Part shown: positions 12,886 through 25,977 of the stretch, in pieces
Numbering within the stretch: the first letter of the stretch is position 1
Layout: the number at the start of each line of letters is the position of its first letter
Origin: Anaeromyces robustus
Lineage: Eukaryota
DNA: 64,000 nucleotides
Direction of reading: 5' to 3'
Assembly (NCBI GenBank): GCA_002104895.1
Contig: MCFG01000170.1
Span: 62,001 to 126,000, forward strand
The notes under the pieces: model-generated
Told to the model about the DNA's origin: nothing
Databases searched by the model: none
What the model saw: the letters and a program-made list of their open reading frames with translations, nothing else
Made by a program: the position numbers and the translations under genes

Positions 12886-13825
12886 TATTATTCAAATATT
12901 ATAATAATTATTACAATTTTTCTAATTCAGATAATTCTCCAATAACAGGTGGAATTTTAAAAAATTCCAATCTATGTATATTTCTTTTTTTTAAAATATA
13001 TATATATATATAATAAATAAAAAATAAGAAAAAGAGTTTTCGAATTAGTTATAATAAAAATTTATTATTCACAAAATTAATAAAAAAATATTTACAATTC
13101 TTTTAATTTTTTCAATTTAGCGAGTTCAGCAGGTAAATCTGTAACTGACATAAAATACATAGAACTTTATATATATATATATATATATACATTAAATTTA
13201 AATTTTATTACAAAAAAAAAAGAAAAAAAAAATACACAAAACAGAAATATTAAAAAAAAAATTATTATTTAAATATTTATAATTGTTAGTATCTAATTAC
13301 AGATATTCCAACTCAGATAATTCTCCAATAGAAGGAGGTATTTCTGTCATTTCTTCCATATTTAAATGCCTATTTTATTATCATTGTTATCATTATTTTT
13401 ATTTTTTTATATAAGAAATTTTTTTGAAATTAGCTTAAGAATAAAATAAATTTTATTGTTTATAATAATTTAAAACTTTATTATAATAATATTATAATAT
13501 AGTAATAACATTGTCACAATATTATATTATATTATATTATTGTATTTTATAATACTATATTAAATTTATTATATTATACTATATTGTATTGTATAAAAAT
13601 ATATTACAATTCACGTATATGACCATCTTTAGTAATTGCAAAAGAAAAAGTCCCAGTATTATCACCACTATTTTCATGACATTCTTTATTATTTTTACCA
13701 ATTATTGAATAAAAAATTTGACATTCTTCGTCAACACTTGTACTATTGTTAACATTGATAGTATTAACCAATGTTAAATTGAAAATAGAAATAATAATAT
13801 TTAATAATAATATATTTAATTTCAT
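11399..13825 (-). CDS. LRR receptor-like protein copy D (11 exons)
   Basis: Same exon series. The last-exon protein is identical to copy C, while exons 8-10 differ (NLNSN, ELSGN, DLTSN). Confidence 0.88.
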
Positions 13826-14772
13826 TTTTTTTTTATTTTTATATTTAATATTTTTGTTTTTTGTTTTTTTTGTTTTTTTTTTTTTTTTTTTATTTTAATA
13901 TTTAATATTTTTGTTTTTTGTTTTTTGTTTTTTGTTTGTTTTTTTTTTTTCAAAATTTTAAAACTTTGCACTTTCTTTTTGTTTTTATATTGAAAAAAAA
14001 ATTTTTATTTTTTGTTTACTATTAAAAGTAAATGAATAGTTAAATAAATTTTAATATACATACTTTTATTATAAAATAATTTATTTTGATATATTTATAA
14101 TATATTTTATTTTATAATTTAATTAATTAATATAGCTCTTTGCTACTCCTTTAATTATAATTGTGTATATTAATTAGATTTTTCGAATTTTCGTTAATAC
14201 AAATTTAATTATTAATTATTAAAAAGATTTTAAATTTTTAAAAAATTTATTTTTTATAAAAATATATCTGAATCAAAAATAAGGAAAAAAAGTAAAAAAA
14301 AAAATTAGATTAAGGAAAGAAAAAAAGAATGAATGAATGAATGAATGAATAATAATAATATTATTATTATTACTATTATTTAAATTTTCCATTTTCTACT
14401 TTTTTTTATTCCTTTTTTTTTAAAAAAATAATGAATTTCAATTAATTAATGAAAATTGAAATAGAAAATTAATTTTCTTGTTAAGAGTAAAAAATAAATT
14501 TTGGAAAATTTTATTATTGTTTATTATTCTTAATTATATAAAAATATTATACCTTTATATCTTTATATATTTATCAATAATATGTTTTATGATTTTAATT
14601 AGATTAAAAACAAATATATTTATTAATTTTTTTTTATTATAATAATCTAAATTTTTATATTAATAGTAGTACAATATGTAATAATACTAATATTTAAATT
14701 GCTATTCATATGAAATATTTATCTGTTTGAATATTGAATTATTTTATTTTCTTTAATTATAAAAGAAAATAA

Positions 14773-16207
14773 TTATACTCTTGGCTCTCTTTTACAACAA
14801 CAATGTTTACATAGGCAAAATATACATATCACTGTTAATATAAGAATAGCAACAGCAATAGTTATCACTATAACTATTGCAGTTACAAGATCTTTTGCTC
14901 TTTTTTCATCTGCTGCTCTTTGTTCTTCATCATACCGTCTATGTTCTTCTTCAATTTCCCATTTATTTTGATAATTTACAGGTTTTTCTAACTTTTCTAA
15001 ATCATTTATTGAATCAGGCAATTCTGTAATATAATTATCATATAAAGTTCTTTATATATATATATATATAATAATTATTATTAATAGCTAATATTAAATA
15101 GTTTTTTTTTTTTAATTACAAAATTATTAAAAATAACTTTTAATAAATTAATATAAGTATACTTTACAATTTTTCTAATTCAGTTAAATTTGCGATAGAT
15201 GGAGAAATTTCTTCTAATTCATTACTACTTAAATATCTTTTTTTTTTTTTTTTAAGAAAAAAAAAATATTTAATTAGGATTAAAAATATTTAATCAATAA
15301 ATTTAATAAAAAATAAAACTTTTTTTTTTCATTACTTACAATTCTTTTAAACTTTTCAATTGATATAGTTCATCTGGCAATATTTTAATATTATTTCTAC
15401 CCAGATTTCTTTTATATATAAAAAATATAAAATAATAGTTTAAATAAATTTATTATAATTAAATATTTTATAAAATTTACTATTTAATATATAATATTTA
15501 CAAATATTCTAACACAGTTGATTCCTTAATATAAGGAGGAATTACTTCTATTTGATTACTGCCTAAATCTCTTTTTTATTATTATCATTATTATTTTAAA
15601 AAGAATTTCTCGAATTAGTTATATGTGATTAAATATATATTTTTAATTTAATAATTTTAATAATTTTTTTTTTCTTTTTTCATTTACTTACAAATGTTTT
15701 AATTTTTTCAATTGAAAAAGTTCATTTGGCAATTCTTTAATTTCATTTTCACTTATATCTCTTTTATTATATAAATAAATAAAAATTATTGATTTATATA
15801 ATTAAAAAAAAATAAATAATAATAAAAATATATATATTATTCAAATAATTTAATAATTATTACAATATTTCCAATTCAGATAAGTTTATAATAGAAGATG
15901 GAATAATTTCTATTTTATGATGATTTTCAACACCTTCTAAACATCTTTTATTATCATCAGTATTATTTCAAAATGAATTTTTTTTTTGAATTAGTCATAT
16001 AATTAAAAATATATTTAAAAATGTTTTATTTATAAATTCAATAAAAAAAATAAACATTTTTATTTTTATTTACAATTCTTTTAATTTTTTCAATTTAAAA
16101 AGTTCTTCTGGTATTTCCTTAATATCGTTTACTTGATTTTGTCTTATAGTTCTTTTATATGAATAAAAAATTTTTTATTTAATATTTTTATATTTATATA
16201 ATACTAA

Positions 16208-16238
<31 letters not shown>

Positions 16239-17182
16239 TATTATTCAAATATTATAATAAATATTACAATTTTTCTAATTCAGATAATTCTCCAATAACA
16301 GGTGGAATTTTAAAAAATTCCAATCTATGTATTTTTCTTTTTTTAAAATATATATATATATATATATATATAATAAATAAAAAATAAGAAAAAGAGTTTT
16401 CGAATTAGTTATAATAAAAATTTATTATTTACAAAATTAATAAAAAAATATTTACAATTCTTTTAATTTTTTCAATTTAGCGAGTTCCTCGGGTAAATCT
16501 GTAACTGACATAAAATACATAGAACTTTATATGTATATGTATATATATACATTAAATTTAAATTTTATTACAAAAAAGAAAGAAAAAAAAAATACACAAA
16601 ACAAAAATATTTAAAAAATTATTTAAATATTTATAATTGTTAGTATCTAATTACAGATATTCCAACTCAGATAATTCTCCAATAGAAGGAGGTATTTCTG
16701 TCATTTTTTCCATATTTAAATGCCTATTTTATAATCATTGTTATCATTATTTTTATTTTTTTATAAGAAATTTTTTTGAAATTAGCTTTGGAATAAAATA
16801 AATTTTATTGTTTATAATAATAATTTTAAAACTTATAATAATATAAAATGTTATTATAATATACTATTATTATAATAACATTTTAAAATTTATTCAGAAT
16901 ATATCATACTATATTATATATATTATACTATATTTGTATTGTATTGTATTGTATAAAAATATATTACAATTCACGTATATGATCATCTTTAGTAATTGCA
17001 AAAGAAAAAGACCCAGTATTACTAAAACTATTTTCATGGCATTTTCCATTATCTTTACCAATTATTGAATAAAAAATTTGACATTCTTCGTCAACACTTG
17101 TACTATTGTTAACATTGATAGAATTAACCAATGTTAAATTGAAGATAGAAATAATAATATTTAATAATATATTTAATTTCAT
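14773..17182 (-). CDS. LRR receptor-like protein copy E (11 exons)
   Basis: Same exon series. N-cap variant KDNGKCHENSFSNTGSF; TM/tail LVTAIVIVITIAVAILILTVICIFCLCKHCCCKREPRV*. Confidence 0.88.
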
Positions 17183-17897
17183 TTTGTTTTTGTTTTTTTT
17201 TTTATAATATTTTAATATTTTTTAATACTTTTTTTTTTTTTTTTGTTTTTATAAGAAAATTTTTTTTTTTTTTTTTTACTTTTTTTACCATTAAAAGTAA
17301 ATGAATAGTTATAAATTAACTATTCATTTATAAGAATTAAACCTTTATAAGAATAATTCAAAAATATCTGTGTAATATAATAATATTAAGATATGAATTA
17401 ATACTACATTTTTTTAATTATAAGTATTTATGAATTTTATGAATTAATCATTTGCATTGATTAATAAACTTTAAGTTTCATTATTACATTAAAGATCTTT
17501 ATAATAAATTTTTTTCTATATATTTTAACATTATTATATTTTGTCCTAATTTTAAATTCATAATAAATTAAAAAAAAAAATAATATTAAATAAAATAAAA
17601 ATTAACAAAAGTAAAAAATAAAATAACTTAATTTTATATATTTATTCTTTTATCCCTTAATTTATTAATTAATTAAAATTAGTATATTCAAAATTCCTTA
17701 GTATTATTTTAACAATTGTATAAACTAATATACTTTTATAATATATTTTTACTAAATATCTATAATGTAATTTAATATAATTATAATACAATGAAATAAA
17801 ATAAATTACAATACCATAATAAAATATAAAAATATAAATATATAAGTAAATAAAATACAAAATTAATAATATTTGAAGTGTAAAAAATAAAAAATAA

Positions 17898-17942
<45 letters not shown>

Positions 17943-18059
17943 CTTGTATCTAAAATAAGAAAAAAAGTAAAAAAAAAAAAAAAAAAAAAATAAGATTAAT
18001 GAAAGAAAAAAAGAAAGAAAAAATGAAAGAATGAATGAATGAATAAATGAATGAATGAA

Positions 18060-18157
<98 letters not shown>

Positions 18158-18562
18158 TTTTTTTTTATTCCTTTTTTTTTAAAAAAAATAATGAATTTCA
18201 ATTAATTAATGAAAATTGAAAAAAAAAATTAATTTTCTTGTTAAGAGTTAAGACATATACTTGTCAAAAAAATAAATTTTGGAAAAAATTATTATTGTTT
18301 ATTATTCTTAATTATATAAAAATATTATTATACCTTTATATCTTTATATATTTATCAATAATATGTTTTATGATTTTAATTAGATTACAAACAAATATAT
18401 TTAATTAATTTTTTTTATTATAATAATCTAAATTTTTATATTAATAATAGTACAATATGCAATAATACCAATAATACTAATATTTAAATTGCTATTCATA
18501 TGAAATATATATCTGTTTGAATATTGAATTATTTTATTTTCTTTAATAATAAAAGAAAATAA

Positions 18563-20617
18563 TTATACTCTTGACTCTGTTATACAACAATGTTTATATA
18601 GGCAACATAGACACGTCACTATTAATATTACAAGAATAACAACAGGAATAGTTATCAATATAACTATTGAAGTTACAATATCTTTTGATCTTTTTTCATC
18701 TGCTTTTCTTTTTTCTTCATCATATCGTCTATATTCTTCTTCAATTTCCCATTTATTTTGATAATTTACAGGTTTTTCTAACTTTTCTAAATCATTTATT
18801 GAATCGGGCAATTCTGTAATATAATTATCATATAAATTTCTTTTATATATATAATAATTATTAATAGCTAATATTAAATACTTTTTTTTAATTTACAAAA
18901 TTATTAAAAATATCTTGTAATAAATTAATAAGTATACTTTACAATTTCTCTAATTCAGTTAAATTTGCGATAGACGGAGAAATTTCTTCTATTTCATTAC
19001 TACTTAAATATCTTTTTTTTTTTTTTTTTTAAGAAAAAAAAATATTTAATTAGGATTAAATATATTTAATCAATAAATTTAATAAAAAAAAAAAAACTTT
19101 TTTTTTTTATTACTTACAATTCTTTTAAATTTTTCAATTGATATAGTTCATCTGGCAATGTTTTAATATTATTTCTACCCAGATCTTTTATTATATAGAT
19201 AAATCAAAATTATTAATTTATATAATTAAAAAAAAAATAAATAATAATAAAAATATATATATTATTCAAATAATTTAATAATTATTACAATATTTCCAAT
19301 TCAGATAAGTTTACAATAGAAGATGGAATAATTTCTGCTTTATGATGATTTTCAACACCATCTAAACATCTTTTATTATCATCAGTATTATTTCAAAATG
19401 AATTTTTTTTTTTTTTTTTTTTTGAATTAGTCATATAATTAAAAATATATTTAAAAATATTTTATTTATAAATTCAATAAAAAAATAAACATTTATATTT
19501 ACAATTCTTTTAATTTTTTCAATTTAAAAAGTTCTTCTGGTATTTCATTAAGATCGTTTACTTGATTTTGTCTTATAGTTCTTTTATATGAATAAAAATT
19601 TTTTTAATTTGAATATTTTATATTTATGTAATATTAAAATAATAATAATAATAATAATAAAATATTATTCAAATATTATAATAACTATTACAATTTTTCT
19701 AATTCAGATAATTCTCCAATAACAGGTGGAATTTTAAAAAATTCCAATCTATGTATATATCTTTTTTTTTAAAAAAAAAAAAATAATAAAATAAAATATA
19801 TATATATATAATAAATAAATAAAAAATAAGAAAAAGAGTTTTCGAATTAGTTATAATAAAAATTTATTATTTACAAAACTAATAAAAAAATATTTACAAT
19901 TCTTTTAATTTTTTCAATTTAGCGAGTTCAACAGGTAAATCTGTAACTGACATAAAATACATAGAACTTTATATGTATATATATATATATATTAAATTTA
20001 AATTTTATTACAAAGAAGAAAGAAAGAAAAAAATACACAAAACAAAAATATTTAAAAAATTATTTAAATATTTATAATCGTTAGTATCTAATTACAGATA
20101 TTCCAACTCAGATAATTCTCCAATAGAAGGAGGTATTTCTGTCATTTTTTCCATATTTAAATGCCTATTTTATTATCATTGTTATTATTATTTTTATTTT
20201 TTTATATAAGAAATTTTTTTGAAATTAGCTTTGAAATAAATAAATTTTATTGTTTATAATAATTTAAAACTTTATTATAATAATACTATATTATAATAAT
20301 AGCATTGTCATAATATTATTTTATATTATTATAATATATCATACTATATTATATATATTATACTATATTTGTATTGTATTGTATTGTATAAAAATATATT
20401 ACAATTCACGTATATGATCATCTTTAGTAATTGCAAAAGAAAAAGACCCAGTATTACTAAAACTATTTTCATGACATTTTCCATTATTTTTACCAATTAT
20501 TGAATAAAAAATTTGACATTCTTCGTCAACACTTGTACTATTGTTAACATTGATAGAATTAACCAATGTTAAATTGAAGATAGAAATAATAATATTTAAT
20601 AATAAATTTAATTTCAT
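18563..20617 (-). CDS. LRR receptor-like protein copy F: lacks LRR exons 7 and 8 and has a damaged exon-9 acceptor (shortened protein or incipient pseudogene)
   Basis: Exon 6 (about 19369-19289) is followed directly by an exon-9-type exon of only 67 nt (19184-19118). The remaining exons appear intact, ending ...IVTCLCCLYKHCCITESRV*. Confidence 0.7.
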
Positions 20618-21611
20618 TTTGTTTTTTTTTTTATAATATTTTAATATTTTTTAATACTTTTTTTTTTTTTCTTTTTTTACCATTAAAAGTAAATGAATAG
20701 TTAATTTATTAAAATTTCAACCTTTATAAGAATAATTCAAAATATCTGTGTAATATAATAATATTAAGATAGGAATTAATACTACATTTTTTTAATTATA
20801 AGTATTTATGAATTTTATGAATTAATCATTTGCATTGATTAATAAACTTAAAGTTTCATTATTACATTAAAGATCTTTATAATAAATTATTTTCTATATA
20901 TTTTAACATTATATATATTTTCTTCTAATTTTAAATTCATAATAAATTAAAAAAAAATAATAATTATAATAATATTAAATAAAATAAAAATTAACTAGAA
21001 TAAAAAATAAAATAACTTAATTTTATATATTTATTCTTTTATCCCTAATTAATTTATTAATTAATTAAAATTAGTATATTCAAAATTCCTTAGTATTATT
21101 TTAACAATTTTATAAACTAGTAATATACTTTTATAATATATTTTTACTAAGTACCTACAATGTAATTTAATATAATTATAATTACAATGAAATAAAATAA
21201 ATTACAATACAAAATAAAATATAAATATATAAATATATAAGTAAATTAAATACAAAAAAATAAATTATAGGAAATACAAAATAAATAATATTTGAAGTGT
21301 AAAAAAATAATAATAATAATAATAATAAAATAGAATTAAATTTTTATACTTTTCAATCTTGGAATATCTTCCATATGGTTATAAAATGTACTATCAATAT
21401 TTAAAATATTTTCATTATATACTTTTACATTTTAATATAAATATTAAATATATCTAATATAATATTTTAATATATAATAATAATATAATAAAATATATTA
21501 ATAAATATGATAATAATATAAATTATATTTTAATTATATATATATAAACAATACAAGTTAAAAAAAAAAATGCTGTATCAATAATTCTATATTAATAGAT
21601 AAATTTTCTCG

Positions 21612-21644
<33 letters not shown>

Positions 21645-22890
21645 TAATTACATGTTTTTAATATAAAAAATATATATATAAAAATAAACCAAATAAAGAA
21701 ATTTATTTTTATTATTTATTTGTTAAAAAATATAAATATATTATAAATAAAGTTTATTTTATTTTATTATTTATTATAATTTAAAATAATCCAAAAAAGA
21801 AATTTTAATTAATCTGAAAATGGGAATTAAATTATTAAATATTTAATTAAACTTTTTTGATTTTACATATTAATTAATTATAATACATTAATATATATAT
21901 ATATTATATTATATTATATTATATTATTTATTATATATATATATTTTTTTTTTACAATTTTTAATTAATTAATGAAAATATCATCATCTAAAATCTAAAT
22001 TAATATTTTATTTGTAACCATCCAATCTATTAAATTAAATAAGTTTATCTATTAACAAAAACTATTAAAATTCATGTAAAAAATGTTAAAATTTTATTTT
22101 AAAATTTATTTTCTGTATAATGTTAATTAAATATTGAAAAATGAAAAGCAATATTAAAAATATTATTAAACTTAAAAAAATAAATAAATAAAATAAATAT
22201 TAATAAATAAATAAATAAAATATAAAATAAATAAAATATAAAATAAATAAAATATAAAATAAATAAAATTAAATAAAATAAAATAATTAAATAAAATTAA
22301 ATAAAATAAAATAAAATATAATAAATGTATAATACATATTCATATATATATAAAGATAATAATACAAATATGTATAATATTAACAATGAAAAAATTACTT
22401 AATTAATATTAAATTTATCCATAAAATAAACCATAATATTTCAATAATAATTTTCATTTTCAGTTTCAGTTTCATTTTATTAGCATTATGTTTTATTAAT
22501 CATTTATTAATCATCATTATAAAAACTTTATTATATTAATACATTATTAAAAAAAAATTGGTTAATAAAAATTTGAACCATTTATTGATTGATTATTGGA
22601 TAATATTATATTATTACTAATAATGATATATTATTTTATATCAAAAATCTACATAATTAAAATTATAACATTGATATTGATAAATATTTATTAAAAAAAA
22701 AAATTAGTTACAAAAATAATGAATTACTATAAATTGCTTACAATTTGCTTTTTAAAAAAAATTTTTTTTTTTTTTTAAACTTTACTCTTTTTTTTTCTTT
22801 TTCTTTTTCTTTTTTCCTCATATAAATTAAGTGATTAATTGTACTCTATTGAGGAGAAAGAAAATATTGTTCACAATAATAACAATATAT

Positions 22891-22944
22891 AAAATTGTAG
22901 GGAAATAGAATTGTAGGGAAATAAAATTGTAGGGAAATAAAATT
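22891..22944. repeat. 16-bp tandem repeat (aaaattgtagggaaat), about 3.4 copies
   Basis: Units at 22891, 22907 (one mismatch) and 22923, then a partial unit. Confidence 0.9.
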
Positions 22945-23384
22945 AGCTATATCAAATATTAAACAATACATAATAAAATAATAAAGATAAAAAACAAAAA
23001 AAATAAAAAAAAAAAAAGAAGAAATATATTTAATTACATATATATCTAAAGATTTATTATTCATCAATATTATAATAAACCAAAAAGATAAATATATAAA
23101 TAAGTATATTTTGAAATAAAGGAATTATATTTAAATATATATAAAATATTTATTTATAATTGAAATTTAAAAAAAAAAAGTTATGAAAAATATTACATAT
23201 CAAAACAAATTAAAATAAAATAAATAAAAATAAAAAAAAAAAAAAAAAAAAAAAAAAACATTAAAAAAAATTAAGAAAAAAAAAACTTTAATTATAGTAT
23301 ATAATAATATACAAATATTAATAGTTAATGTTATACTATAGTATTTTATAATTGGATTCATTATTGTTAAATAATTTAACCGAA

Positions 23385-23417
<33 letters not shown>

Positions 23418-24015
23418 ATAAATATAAATATAAATACAATATATTATATATTTGATATTACTTTAAAGCAATAATCATAAAAAAAATTTTTTTATAATAA
23501 TATTAACAAGAAATAAATGAAAAATTACATATAAAATTATATTATATTACATAATATTATATTAATAATTATTTTACATTGTATTTCTAAAAATTAATAT
23601 TACCATAAAAAATTTAATAAAATTTATATTATAAGAGTATGTAATGAAATTCAATTTAAAAATATTAAATTTATTAAAAACAATAATATACAAAAATTTA
23701 TTCTATCGGGTTAAAACTATTGTTGTATATAATAAATAACAAATATAACTATTATTTTTAATTAAATATAAAGTAAATTTCATTAATAACAATAGTAACT
23801 TTATGACATATAAAAAATTAGAAAAAAAAAATAAAATAAAGAATAAGAATAATATACACATATATATAATTGAGGTATAGTACATTGTTATAAACTAAAT
23901 CTACTTATTATAAAAAAATTATGATAAATCTTTATTTTATTCATATTTATATCAAACTAAATTTTTTATTTTCTTACTCTTCTATATAACATAATAAAAG
24001 AATTGATTGACTGAT

Positions 24016-24055
<40 letters not shown>

Positions 24056-24673
24056 TACGAAATTCAAATTTTATTTTTTTTATTATTATTATTTTTATTA
24101 TTTAATATTAATTCAACTTTTATAATTAAAAAAAACTATGATAATACATCAAAAGACATATAATTGCATATAGATATTTTTTATAATTAATAAAGTTAAA
24201 TAACCAGTATATTTGAATAATTGTCATTATAATGAAAAATTATAATTAATATTATAGATATCATAACGAAAATAACGAAACTACAAAGATAAAAAAAATT
24301 TTTTTTTTTTGTTTTTTTGAAATTTAATTAATAAGCAACATATAAAAAAAAATTAAAGTTTTTATTAAAAATTAAAAAATTTATTATCAAATATATTGTT
24401 ATATATTGTAAAATATATTGATTATATATGTTAAATTCTATTGGTATTAATAATATATATGATAAATACAAATATAAATTAATATAGTAATATTTATTTT
24501 AATGAAATAAAAACATAAATGGTAATCCATTAAATTTTTTAAAAAAAAATATATTTTATTTTTAAAATAAAGTAAACCAATTTAAAATTAATAAATTAAT
24601 ATATAAAGTGAAAATATTTCTTTTTTTTTTTTTTTTCTTTAAAAAAAAGTTAAAGGATTGTGGTATCTTTAAC

Positions 24674-24707
<34 letters not shown>

Positions 24708-25977
24708 ACTTTTTTTTATATCATATATTTTATTATATTTTATTATATATATATAACTTTTGTATATAAAAACACCTTTGAAAAAGTTTAATGTTTAAAT
24801 AATATATAATATATATAACATTAATATCCTATCATTCATTTTTTTTTTTTTGCGTAATCACAAATTCATTTTAATAATTCACAAATTAATTCATGAAAAT
24901 CTAAAACATATAAATATCATTACATTTTTTTTATGAATACTAATTAAAAAAAAAACTCAATATATATATAATAATAATAATAAAAATAAAAAAAGTATTG
25001 TATTGTATAATATAATTTTAAAAAATTAAAAAAATTTTTGGTATAACTTCAAAGGTAACTTATTATTATTAATATTCATATATATAATATAATATATAAG
25101 TTAAAATAATATGAAAATATTAAAAATTATCTGCATTATATTTATATATATAATATATATGTTAAAATAACATAAAAATATTAAAATTATCTACATTATA
25201 TTTATATAAAACTTTATATATAGAAATTTTGTTATTATTGTCTGAAAATAAATTCAGTCAATATTTTTTATATTTAGCCTGAATATATAAGTAATATATA
25301 ATATATAATAATATAATATTTTAATAAAAAGAGAAAAAAAAAAAAAAAAGAGAATTTTTTTTATTCTTTGTTTTTATTATAATATTAACTCATTAATTTA
25401 TATATATATATATTGATATAGATTGGAAGAAAAAGAAAAAAAATATAAGAGAAAAGAATTTTGAATTTCTAATAAAATAATACATTTTTTAATTAAAAAA
25501 TATTTAGAAATTAAATTATAATTATCTGATATATTAATTAGTATATCTAGATACCCTTATACATTAAAAATACTCAATATAATAATTAATTTATTATGTC
25601 TTTTATATTTCAACAAAAATTAAAAAGGAAAAAAAAATTATCAAGTTAAAAAACTTATTAAGAAAAAGATATTACGAAATAATTTCTTAACTATATCTTA
25701 TAAATATTATTAACTTTTTTTTATTATTGATATTTATTAAATTTTAAAAATAATAAATTTAAAAAAAAAGTATTTTTGTATAAAAATTATATAAAGTTAA
25801 CTAAGAAAAATAATAAGTTTAACTTAATAAAAAAAAATATAGGAAAAAAAAATAGGAAAAAAAAAATAGGAAAAAAATATTATAAATAGTTTGTTTTTTA
25901 CATTTATAAAAAAAATCGTAATCGTAATTTTTGTTTAAAGAAAATAAAATAAAAAAAATTAATTATTAAAATTTAAT

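Noticed and set aside
22891..22944. TTGTAGGG repeat as telomeric sequence
   Set aside because: Only three 16-bp units, interstitial, and not a TTAGGG run.
17669..23885. Intergenic I/F/Y/K-rich ORFs (17669, 17950, 22846, 23200, 23703; likewise 33719, 38319, 44242, 54668, 58189, 60309, 62108)
   Set aside because: Compositional artefacts of AT-rich low-complexity DNA with no motifs or splice support.
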